Below, in pieces: positions 13,001 to 25,400 of a stretch of DNA of 64,000 nt (positions within the stretch are counted from its first letter, which is position 1; every line of letters starts with the position of its first letter). The position numbers and the translations under genes are program-made. Below the pieces are notes generated by a model. The model was not told where the DNA came from and did no database searches. It saw nothing but the letters and a program-made list of their open reading frames with translations. This DNA is from Gordius albopunctatus. Lineage: Eukaryota. Location of the stretch: positions 9,548,001 to 9,612,000 of the forward strand of contig OZ193909.1 of assembly GCA_964276515.1 (NCBI GenBank). The letters run 5' to 3'.

Positions 13001-15400
13001 TGTCCTTGTTAAAATCCCGATAAGAATTTTTACACGGGGGGAAGTTTTAGATTGAGAGAAATTAAACTTTTCGTGTTGCGTTTAGATTGTTTCAAGATCG
13101 CTTTCTAAGCCTGTCTTTAGTTTTTGTGAAACAAGCTATATGTGATTATGATTCAAAGTTAATAATTTTTGAGGACTGATCAAAAAATTTTTTAACGAAT
13201 TCACCTCTGATATCGAAAACTTTCATGAGGGCTATATGCTTTAACAAAAAAAATTGACAAAAATTTTGAGGTCGAAAAAAATATTTATTTTCATATTATT
13301 TGGAAAGGGGGCTGAAAAAATCTTTAAAAGTCAGTAAATATTCTTAGCATTATGTCCTTGTTAAAATCCCGATAAGAATTTTTGCACGGGGGGAAGTTTT
13401 AGATTGAGAGAAACTAAACTTTTTATGTTGCGTTTAGATTGTTTTTAAATCGCTTTCTAAGCCTGTCTTTAGTTTTTGTGAAACAAGCTCTAGGTGATCG
13501 TGATTCAAAGTTAATAATTTTTGAGGACTGATCAAAAAAATTTTTTAACGAATTCACCTCTGATATTGAAAACTTTCACGAGGGCTATATACTTTAACAA
13601 AAAAAATTGACAAAAATTTTGAGGTCGAAAAAAATATTTATTTTCATATTATTTGGAAAGGTGGCTGAAAAAATGTTTAAAAGTCAGTAAATATTCATAG
13701 CATTATGTCCTTGTTAAAATCCCGATAAGAATTTTTTCACGGGGGGAAGTTTTAGATTGAGAGAAACTAAACTTTTCGTGTTGCGTTTAGATTGTTTCAA
13801 AATCGCTTTCTAATCGCGTCTCTAGTTTTTATGAAACAAGCTCTCTGTGATTATGATTAAAAGTTAATAATTTTTGAGGACTGATCAAAAATTATTTTTA
13901 ACGAATTCACCTCTGACATCGAAAACTTTCACGAGGGCGATATGCTCTAACAAAAAAAATTGACAAAAATTTTGAGGTCGAAAAAAATATTTATTTTCAT
14001 ATTATTTGGAAAGGTGGCTGAAAAAATGTTTAAAAGTCAGTAAATATTCATAGCATTATGTCCTTGTTAAAATCCCGATAAGAATTTTTGCACGGGGGGA
14101 AGTTTTAGATTGAGAGAAACTAAACTTTTTATGTTGCGTTTAGATTGTTTTTAAATCGCTTTCTAAGCCTGTCTTTAGTTTTTGTGAAACAAGCTCTAGG
14201 TGATCGTGATTCAAAGTTAATAATTTTTGAGGACTGATCAAAAAATTTTTTTAACGAATTCACCTCTGATATCGAAAACTTTCATGAGGGCTATATGGTT
14301 GAACAAAAAATTTAAAAAATTTTGAGGTCGAAAAAAATATTTATTTTCATATTCTTTCGAAAGGGGGCGGAAGAAATAATTAAAAGATAGTAAATATTCT
14401 TAACATTATGTCCTTGTTAAAATCCCGATGAGAATTTTTGCACGGGTGGAGTTTTAGATTGAGAAAAACTAAACTTTTCGTGTTGCGTTTCGATTGTTTC
14501 AAAATCGCTTTCTAATCGCGTCTCTAGTTTTTATGAAACAAGCTCTATGTGATTATGATTAAAAGTTAATAATTTTTGAGGACTGATCAAAAAATTTTTT
14601 AACGAATTCACCTCTGACATCGAAAACTTTCAGGAGGGCTATATGCTCTAACAAAAAAAATTGACAAAAATTTTGAGGTCGAAAAAAATATTTATTTTCA
14701 TATTATTTGGAAAGGGGGATGAAAAAATCTTTAAAAGTCAATAAATATTCTTAGTATTATGTCCTTGTTAAAATCCCGATAAGAATTTTTGCACGGGGGG
14801 AAGTTTTAGATTGAGAGAAACTAAACTTTTCGTGTTGCGTTTAGATTGTTTCAAAATCGCTTTCTAATCGCGTCTCTAGTTTTTATGAAACAAGCTCTAT
14901 GTGATTATGATTAAAAGTTAATAATTTTTGAGGACTGATCAAAAATTATTTTTAACGAATTCACCTCTGACATCAAAAACTTTCACGAGGGCTATATGCT
15001 TTAACAAAAAAAATTGACAAAAATTTTGAGGTCGAAAAAAATGTTTATTTTCATATTCTTTCGAAAGAGGGCTGAAGAAATATTTAAAAGTCAGTAAATA
15101 TTCTTAGCATTATGTCCTTGTTAAAATCTCGATAAGAATTTTTTCACGGGGGGAAGTTTTAGATTGAGAGAAACTAAACTTTTTTTGTTGCGTTTAGATT
15201 GTTTCAAAATCGCTTTCTAAGCCTGTCTTTAGTTTTTGTGAAACAAGCTATATGTGATTATGATTCAAAGTTAATAATTTTTGAGGACTGATCAAAAAAT
15301 TTTTTAACGAATTCACCTCTGACATCGAAAACTTTCACGAGGGCTATATGCTCTAACAAAAAAAATTGACAAAAATTTTGAGGTCGAAAAAAATATTTAT
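9830..15400. repeat. 10-monomer higher-order repeat, 3522 bp, ~1.6 copies
   Basis: Rare markers offset by 3522: attcatag 10171/13693 and 10524/14046, gagggcgata 10411/13933, cccgatgag 10902/14424. Confidence 0.88.
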
Positions 15401-15545
15401 TTTCATATTATTTGGAAAGGGGGATGATAAAATCTTTAAAAGTCAGTAAATATTCTTAGCATTATGTCCTTGTTAAAATCCCGATAAGAATTTTTGCACG
15501 GGGGGAAGTTTTAGATTGAGAGAAACTAAACTTTTCGTGTTGCGT

Positions 15546-18500
15546 TTAGATTGTTTCAAAATCGCTTTCTAAGCGTGTCTCTAGTTTTTGTGAAACAAAC
15601 TCTATTTGATCGTGATTTAAAGTTAATAATTTTTGAGGACTGATCAAAAAATTTTTCACTAATTGACCTCTGATATCAAAAACTTTCATGACGGCTATAT
15701 TGTTGAACAAAAAAATTGAAAAATTTTTGAAGTCGAAAAAAATATTTATTTTCATATTCTATCAAAAGGGGGCTGAAAGAATCTTTAAAAGTTAGTAAAT
15801 ATTCTTAGCATCATGTCCTTGTTAGAATCCGTATGATAATTTTTGCACGGGGTGAGGTTTTAGATTGAGAGAAACTAAACTTTTCGTGTTGCGTTTAGAT
15901 TGTTTCAAAATCGCTTTGTAAGCGTGTCTCTAGTTTTTGAGAAACAAACTCTATTTGATCGTGATTTAAAGTTAATAATTTTTGAGGACTGATCAAAAAA
16001 TTTTTCACTAATTGACATTTGATATCAAAAACTTTCATGACGGCTATATTGTTGAACAAAAAAATTGAAAAAACTTTGATGTCGAAAAAAATATTTATTT
16101 TCCTATTCTTTCGAAAGGGGGATGAAAAAATCTCTAAAATTTAGAAACTAAACTTTTTGTGTTGCGTTTAGATTGTTTCAAAATCGCTTTCTAAGCGTGT
16201 CTCTAGTTTTTGTGAAACAAACTCTATTTGATCGTGATTTAAAGTTAAAAACTTTTGAGGACTGATCAAAAAATTTTTTAACGAATTCACCTCTGATATC
16301 GAAAACTTTCATGAGGGCTATATGCTTTAACAAAAAAAATTGACAAAAATTTTGAGGTCGAAAAAAATATTTATTTTCATATTATTTGTAAAGGAAGCTG
16401 ATAAAATCTTTAAAAGTTAGTAAATATTCTTAGCATTATGTCCTTGTTAGAATCCCGATAAGATGTTTTCACTGGCGGAAGTTTTAGATTGAGAGAAATT
16501 AAACTTTTTATGTTGCGTTTAGATTGTTTCAAAATCGTTTTCTAAGCCTGTCTTTAGTTTTTGTGAAACAAGTTCTATGTGATCGTGATTCTAAGTTAAT
16601 AATTTTTGAGGACTGATCAAAATTTTTTTTAACGAATTCACCTCTGATACCGAAAACTTTCACGAGGGCTATATGCTTTAACAAAAAAAATTGACAAAAA
16701 TTTTGAGGACGAAAAAAATATTTATTTTCATATTATTTGGAAAGGGAAGCTGAAAAAATCTTTAAAAGTCAGTAAATATTCTTAGCATTATGTCCTTGTT
16801 AAAATCCCGATAAGAATTTTTAAACGGGGGGAAGTTTTAGATTGAGAGAAATTAAACTTTTCGTGTTGCGTTAAGATTGTTTCAAGATCGCTTTGTAATT
16901 TCGTCTATAGTTTTTGTGAAACAAGCTCTATGTGATGGTGAATTAAAGTAAATAATTTTTGAGGACTGATCAAAAATTTTTTTTTAACGAATTCACCTCT
17001 GATATCGAAAACTTACATGAGGGATATATGCTTTAACAAAAAAAATTGACAAAAATTTTGAGGTCGAAAAAAATATTTATTTTCATTTATTTTCGAAAGC
17101 GGGGTGAAGAAATATTTAAAAGTTAGTAAATATTCTTAGCATTATGTCCTTGTTAGAATCTCGATAAGATTTTTGCACTGGGGGAAGTTTTAGATTGAGA
17201 GAAATTAAACTTTTTATGTTGCGTTTAGATTGTTTCTAAATCGATTTCTAATTTCGTCTTTAGTTTTTGTGAAACAAGCTCTATGTGATTATGATTCAAA
17301 GTTAATAATTTTTGAGGACTGATCAAAAATTTTTCACTAATTGACCTCTGATATCAAAAACTTTCATGACGGTTATATTGTTGAACAAAGAAATTGAAAA
17401 AATTTTGATGTCGAAAAAAATATTTATTTTCCTATTCTTTCGAAAGGGGGATGAAAAAATCTTTAAAATTTAGAAACTAAACTTTTCGGGTTGCGTTTAG
17501 ATTGTTTCAAAATCGCTTTCTAAGCGTGTCTCTAGTTTTTGTGAAACAAACTCTATTTGATCGTGATTTAAAGTTAATAATTTTTGAGGACGATCAAAAA
17601 TTTTTCACTAATTGACCTCTGATATCAAAAACTTTCATGACGGCTATATTGTTGAACAAAAAAATTGAAAAAATTTTGATGTCGAAAAAAATATTTATTT
17701 TCATATTCTATCAAAAGGGGGCTGAAAGAATCTTTAAAAGTTAGTAAATATTCTTAGCATCATGTCCTTGTTAGAATCCGTATGATAATTTTTGCACGGG
17801 GTGAGGTTTTAGATTGAGAGAAACTAAACTTTTCGTGTTGCGTTTAGATTGTTTCAAAATCGCTTTCTAAGCGTGTCTCTAGTTTTTGAGAAAGAAACTC
17901 TATTTATCGTGATTTAAAGTTAAAAACTTTTGAGGACTGATCAAAAATTTTTTTCACTAATTGACCTCTGATATCATAAACTTTCATGACGGCTATATTG
18001 TTGAACAAAAAAATTGAAAAAATTTTGATGTCGAAAAAAATATTTATTTTCATATTCTATCGAAAGGGTGCTGAAAGAATCTTTAAAATTTAGAAACTAA
18101 ACTTTTCGTGTTGCGTTTAGATTGTTTCAAAATCGCTTTCTAAGCGTGTCTCTAGTTTTTGTGAAACAAACTCTATTTGATCGTGATTTAAAGTTAATAA
18201 TTTTTGAGGACGATCAAAAATTTTTCACTAATTGACCTCTGATATCAAATCTTTCATGACGGCTATATTGTTGAACAAAAAAATTGAAAAATTTTTGAAG
18301 TCGAAAAAAATATTTATTTTCATATTCTATCAAAAGGGGGCTGAAAGAATCTTTAAAAGTTAGTAAATATTCTTAGCATCATGTCCTTGTTAGAATCCGT
18401 ATGATAATTTTTGCACGGGGTGAGGTTTTAGATTGAGAGAAACTAAACTTTTCGTGTTGCGTTTAGATTGTTTCAAAATCGCTTTCTAAGCGTGTCTCTA

Positions 18501-21500
18501 GTTTTTGAGAAACAAACTCTATTTGATCGTGATTTAAAGTTAATAATTTTTGAGGACTGATCAAAAAATTTTTCACTAATTGACATTTGATATCAAAAAC
18601 TTTCATGACGGCTATATTGTTGAACAAAAAAATTGAAAAAACTTTGATGTCGAAAAAAATATTTATTTTCCTATTCTTTCGAAAGGGGGATGAAAAAATC
18701 TCTAAAATTTAGAAACTAAACTTTTTGTGTTGCGTTTAGATTGTTTCAAAATCGCTTTCTAAGCGTGTTTCTAGTTTTTGTGAAACAAACTCTATTTGAT
18801 CGTGATTTAAAGTTAAAAACTTTTGAGGACTGATCAAAAAATTTTTTAACGAATTCACCTCTGATATCGAAAACTTTCATGAGGGCTATATGCTTTAACA
18901 AAAAAAATTGACAAAAATTTTGAGGTCGAAAAAAATATTTATTTTCATATTATTTGTAAAGGAAGCTGATAAAATCTTTAAAAGTTAGTAAATATTCTTA
19001 GCATTATGTCCTTGTTAGAATCCCGATAAGATGTTTTCACTGGCGGAAGTTTTAGATTGAGAGAAATTAAACTTTTTATGTTGCGTTTAGATTGTTTCAA
19101 AATCGTTTTCTAAGCCTGTCTTTAGTTTTTGTGAAACAAGTTCTATGTGATCGTGATTCTAAGTTAATAATTTTTGAGGACTGATCAAAATTTTTTTTAA
19201 CGAATTCACCTCTGATACCGAAAACTTTCACGAGGGCTATATGCTTTAACAAAAAAAATTGACAAAAATTCTGAGGACGAAAAAAATATTTATTTTCATA
19301 TTATTTGGAAAGGGAAGCTGAAAAAATCTTTAAAAGTCAGTAAATATTCTTAGCATTATGTCCTTGTTAAAATCCCGATAAGAATTTTTAAACGGGGGGA
19401 AGTTTTAGATTGAGAGAAATTAAACTTTTCGTGTTGCGTTAAGATTGTTTCAAGATCGCTTTGTAATTTCGTCTATAGTTTTTGTGAAACAAGCTCTATG
19501 TGATGGTGAATTAAAGTAAATGATTTTTGAGGACTGATCAAAAATTTTTTTTTAACGAATTCACCTCTGATATCGAAAACTTTCATGAGGGATATATGCT
19601 TTAACAAAAAAAATTGACAAAAATTTTGAGGTCGAAAAAAATATTTATTTTCATTTATTTTCGAAAGCGGGGTGAAGAAATATTTAAAAGTTAGTAAATA
19701 TTCTTAGCATTATGTCCTTGTTAGAATCTCGATAAGATTTTTGCACTGGGGGAAGTTTTAGATTGAGAGAAATTAAACTTTTTATGTTGCGTTTAGATTG
19801 TTTCTAAATCGATTTCTAATTTCGTCTTTAGTTTTTGTGAAACAAGCTCTATGTGATTATGATTCAAAGTTAATAATTTTTGAGGACTGATCAAAAATTT
19901 TTCACTAATTGACCTCTGATATCAAAAACTTTCATGACGGTTATATTGTTGAACAAAGAAATTGAAAAAATTTTGATGTCGAAAAAAATATTTATTTTCC
20001 TATTCTTTCGAAAGGGGGATGAAAAAATCTTTAAAATTTAGAAACTAAACTTTTCGGGTTGCGTTTAGATTGTTTCAAAATCGCTTTCTAAGCGTGTCTC
20101 TAGTTTTTGTGAAACAAACTCTATTTGATCGTGATTTAAAGTTAATAATTTTTGAGGACGATCAAAAATTTTTCACTAATTGACCTCTGATATCAAAAAC
20201 TTTCATGACGGCTATATTGTTGAACAAAAAAATTGAAAAAATTTTGATGTCGAAAAAAATATTTATTTTCATATTCTATCAAAAGGGGGCTGAAAGAATC
20301 TTTAAAAGTTAGTAAATATTCTTAGCATCATGTCCTTGTTAGAATCCGTATGATAATTTTTGCACGGGGTGAGGTTTTAGATTGAGAGAAACTAAACTTT
20401 TCGTGTTGCGTTTAGATTGTTTCAAAATCGCTTTCTAAGCGTGTCTCTAGTTTTTGAGAAAGAAACTCTATTTATCGTGATTTAAAGTTAAAAACTTTTG
20501 AGGACTGATCAAAAATTTTTTTCACTAATTGACCTCTGATATCATAAACTTTCATGACGGCTATATTGTTGAACAAAAAAATTGAAAAAATTTTGATGTC
20601 GAAAAAAATATTTATTTTCATATTCTATCGAAAGGGTGCTGAAAGAATCTTTAAAATTTAGAAACTAAACTTTTCGTGTTGCGTTTAGATTGTTTCAAAA
20701 TCGCTTTCTAAGCGTGTCTCTAGTTTTTGTGAAACAAACTCTATTTGATCGTGATTTAAAGTTAATAATTTTTGAGGACGATCAAAAATTTTTCACTAAT
20801 TGACCTCTGATATCAAATCTTTCATGACGGCTATATTGTTGAACAAAAAAATTGAAAAATTTTTGAAGTCGAAAAAAATATTTATTTTCATATTCTATCA
20901 AAAGGGGGCTGAAAGAATCTTTAAAAGTTAGTAAATATTCTTAGCATCATGTCCTTGTTAGAATCCGTATGATAATTTTTGCACGGGGTGAGGTTTTAGA
21001 TTGAGAGAAACTAAACTTTTCGTGTTGCGTTTAGATTGTTTCAAAATCGCTTTCTAAGCGTGTCTCTAGTTTTTGAGAAACAAACTCTATTTGATCGTGA
21101 TTTAAAGTTAATAATTTTTGAGGACTGATCAAAAAATTTTTCACTAATTGACATTTGATATCAAAAACTTTCATGACGGCTATATTGTTGAACAAAAAAA
21201 TTGAAAAAACTTTGATGTCGAAAAAAATATTTATTTTCCTATTCTTTCGAAAGGGGGATGAAAAAATCTCTAAAATTTAGAAACTAAACTTTTTGTGTTG
21301 CGTTTAGATTGTTTCAAAATCGCTTTCTAAGCGTGTTTCTAGTTTTTGTGAAACAAACTCTATTTGATCGTGATTTAAAGTTAAAAACTTTTGAGGACTG
21401 ATCAAAAAATTTTTTAACGAATTCACCTCTGATATCGAAAACTTTCATGAGGGCTATATGCTTTAACAAAAAAAATTGACAAAAATTTTGAGGTCGAAAA

Positions 21501-22465
21501 AAATATTTATTTTCATATTATTTGTAAAGGAAGCTGATAAAATCTTTAAAAGTTAGTAAATATTCTTAGCATTATGTCCTTGTTAGAATCCCGATAAGAT
21601 GTTTTCACTGGCGGAAGTTTTAGATTGAGAGAAATTAAACTTTTTATGTTGCGTTTAGATTGTTTCAAAATCGTTTTCTAAGCCTGTCTTTAGTTTTTGT
21701 GAAACAAGTTCTATGTGATCGTGATTCTAAGTTAATAATTTTTGAGGACTGATCAAAATTTTTTTTAACGAATTCACCTCTGATACCGAAAACTTTCACG
21801 AGGGCTATATGCTTTAACAAAAAAAATTGACAAAAATTTTGAGGACGAAAAAAATATTTATTTTCATATTATTTGGAAAGGGAAGCTGAAAAAATCTTTA
21901 AAAGTCAGTAAATATTCTTAGCATTATGTCCTTGTTAAAATCCCGATAAGAATTTTTAAACGGGGGGAAGTTTTAGATTGAGAGAAATTAAACTTTTCGT
22001 GTTGCGTTAAGATTGTTTCAAGATCGCTTTGTAATTTCGTCTATAGTTTTTGTGAAACAAGCTCTATGTGATGGTGAATTAAAGTAAATGATTTTTGAGG
22101 ACTGATCAAAAATTTTTTTTTAACGAATTCACCTCTGATATCGAAAACTTTCATGAGGGATATATGCTTTAACAAAAAAAATTGACAAAAATTTTGAGGT
22201 CGAAAAAAATATTTATTTTCATTTATTTTCGAAAGCGGGGTGAAGAAATATTTAAAAGTTAGTAAATATTCTTAGCATTATGTCCTTGTTAGAATCTCGA
22301 TAAGATTTTTGCACTGGGGGAAGTTTTAGATTGAGAGAAATTAAACTTTTTATGTTGCGTTTAGATTGTTTCTAAATCGATTTCTAATTTCGTCTTTAGT
22401 TTTTGTGAAACAAGCTCTATGTGATTATGATTCAAAGTTAATAATTTTTGAGGACTGATCAAAAA
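15546..22465. repeat. 8-monomer mixed B/C higher-order repeat, 2568 bp, ~2.7 copies
   Basis: Marker actggcgg at 16471, 19039 and 21607. The unit also carries gacatttga, gataccg, gatggtgaatt and aaagcggggtg, and has 5 long and 3 short monomers. Confidence 0.9.
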
Positions 22466-25400
22466 TTTTTTTAACAGAATTCACTTCTGATATCGAAGGC
22501 TTTCATGAGGGCTATATGGTCTAACAAAAAAATTGAAAAAATTTTGAGGTCGAAAAAAATATTATTTTTCCTATTCTTTCAAAAGGGGGCTGAAAAAATC
22601 TTTAAAAGTTAGTAAATTTTCTTAGTATTATATCCTTGTTAGAATCTTGATAAGAAATTTTGCACTGGGGGAAGTTTTAGATTGAGAAAAATTAAACTTT
22701 TTATGTTGCGTTTAGATTGTTTCAAAATCGCTTTCTAAGCCTGTCTTTAGTTTTTGTGAAACAAGCTCTATGTGATTATGATTCAAAGTTAATAATTTTT
22801 GAGGACTGATCAAAATTTTTTTTTAACGAATTCACCTCTGATATCGAAAACTTTCATGACAGCTACATGGTTGAACAAAACAAATTGACAAGAATTTTGA
22901 GGTCGAAAAAAATATTTATTTTCATATTATTTGTAAAGGAAGCTGAAAAAATCTTTAAAAGTCAGTAAATATTCTTAGCATTATGTCCTTGTTAGAATCT
23001 CGATAAGATTTTTGCACTGGGGGAAGTTTTAGATTGAGAAAAATTAAACTTTTTATGTTGCGTTTAGATTGTTTCAAAATCGCTTTCTAAGCCTGTCTTT
23101 AGTTTTTGTGAAACAAGCTCTATGTGATTATGATTCAAAGTTAATAATTTTTGAGGACTGATCAAAATTTTTTTTTAACGAATTCACCTCTGATATCGAA
23201 AACTTTCATGACAGCTACATGGTTGAACAAAACAAATTGACAAAAATTTTGAGGACGAAAAAAATATTTATTTTCATATTATTTGGAAAGGGAAGCTGAA
23301 AAAATCTTTAAAAGTCAGTAAATATTCTTAGCATTATGTCCTTGTTAAAATCCCGATAAGAATTTTTAAACGGGGGGAAGTTTTAGATTGAGAGAAATTA
23401 AACTTTTCGTGTTGCGTTAAGATTGTTTCAAGATCGCTTTGTAATTTCGTCTATAGTTTTTGTGAAACAAGCTCTATGTGATGGTGAATTAAAGTAAATA
23501 ATTTTTGAGGACTGATCAAAAATTTTTTTTTAACGAATTCACCTCTGATATCGAAAACTTTCATGAGGGATATATGCTTTAACAAAAAAAATTGACAAAA
23601 ATTTTGAGGTCGAAAAAAATATTTATTTTCATTTATTTTCGAAAGCGGGGTGAAGAAATATTTAAAAGTTAGTAAATATTCTTAGCATTATGTCCTTGTT
23701 AGAATCTCGATAAGATTTTTGCACTGGGGGAAGTTTTAGATTGAGAGAAATTAAACTTTTTATGTTGCGTTTAGATTGTTTCTAAATCGATTTCTAATTT
23801 CGTCTTTAGTTTTTGTGAAACAAGCTCTATGTGATTATGATTCAAAGTTAATAATTTTTGAGGACTGATCAAAAATTTTTCACTAATTGACCTCTGATAT
23901 CAAAAACTTTCATGACGGTTATATTGTTGAACAAAGAAATTGAAAAAATTTTGATGTCGAAAAAAATATTTATTTTCCTATTCTTTCGAAAGGGGGATGA
24001 AAAAATCTTTAAAATTTAGAAACTAAACTTTTCGGGTTGCGTTTAGATTGTTTCAAAATCGCTTTCTAAGCGTGTCTCTAGTTTTTGTGAAACAAACTCT
24101 ATTTGATCGTGATTTAAAGTTAATAATTTTTGAGGACTGATCAAAAAATTTTTCACTAATTGACCTCTCTGATATCAAAAACTTTCATGACGGCTATATT
24201 GTTGAACAAAAAAATTGAAAAATTTTTGAAGTCGAAAAAAATATTTATTTTCATATTCTATCAAAAGGGGGCTGAAAGAATCTTTAAAAGTTAGTAAATA
24301 TTCTTAGCATCATGTCCTTGTTAGAATCCGTATGATAATTTTTGCACGGGGTGAGGTTTTAGATTGAGAGAAACTAAACTTTTCGTGTTGCGTTTAGATT
24401 GTTTCAAAATCGCTTTCTAAGCGTGTCTCTAGTTTTTGAGAAACAAACTCTATTTGATCGTGATTTAAAGTTAATAATTTTTGAGGACGATCAAAAATTT
24501 TTCACTAATTGACCTCTGATATCAAATCTTTCATGACGGCTATATTGTTGAACAAAAAAATTGAAAAATTTTTGAAGTCGAAAAAAATATTTATTTTCAT
24601 ATTCTATCAAAAGGGGGCTGAAAGAATCTTTAAAAGTTAGTAAATATTCTTAGCATCATGTCCTTGTTAGAATCCGTATGATAATTTTTGCACGGGGTGA
24701 GGTTTTAGATTGAGAGAAACTAAACTTTTCGTGTTGCGTTTAGATTGTTTCAAAATCGCTTTCTAAGCGTGTCTCTAGTTTTTGAGAAACAAACTCTATT
24801 TGATCGTGATTTAAAGTTAATAATTTTTGAGGACTGATCAAAAAATTTTTCACTAATTGACATTTGATATCAAAAACTTTCATGACGGCTATATTGTTGA
24901 ACAAAAAAATTGAAAAAACTTTGATGTCGAAAAAAATATTTATTTTCCTATTCTTTCGAAAGGGGGATGAAAAAATCTCTAAAATTTAGAAACTAAACTT
25001 TTTGTGTTGCGTTTAGATTGTTTCAAAATCGCTTTCTAAGCGTGTTTCTAGTTTTTGTGAAACAAACTCTATTTGATCGTGATTTAAAGTTAAAAACTTT
25101 TGAGGACTGATCAAAAAATTTTTTAACGAATTCACCTCTGATATCGAAAACTTTCATGAGGGCTATATGCTTTAACAAAAAAAATTGACAAAAATTTTGA
25201 GGTCGAAAAAAATATTTATTTTCATATTATTTGTAAAGGAAGCTGATAAAATCTTTAAAAGTTAGTAAATATTCTTAGCATTATGTCCTTGTTAGAATCC
25301 CGATAAGATGTTTTCACTGGCGGAAGTTTTAGATTGAGAGAAATTAAACTTTTTATGTTGCGTTTAGATTGTTTCAAAATCGTTTTCTAAGCCTGTCTTT

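Larger units (their letters stand above)
1..15545. repeat. Subfamily A domain: only full-length 349-353 bp monomers
   Basis: Diagnostic k-mers are aacgaattcacctc (EcoRI site), gagggctata, cattatgtcc, aaaatcccgataag and acaagctcta. No deletion-type monomers seen. Confidence 0.93.

Noticed and set aside
17090..17106. CENP-B-box-like motif ttcgaaagcgggg
   Set aside because: The CENP-B box needs TTCG-NNNNANN-CGGG (7-nt spacing). Here the spacing is 4 nt and the motif occurs in only one C monomer type.
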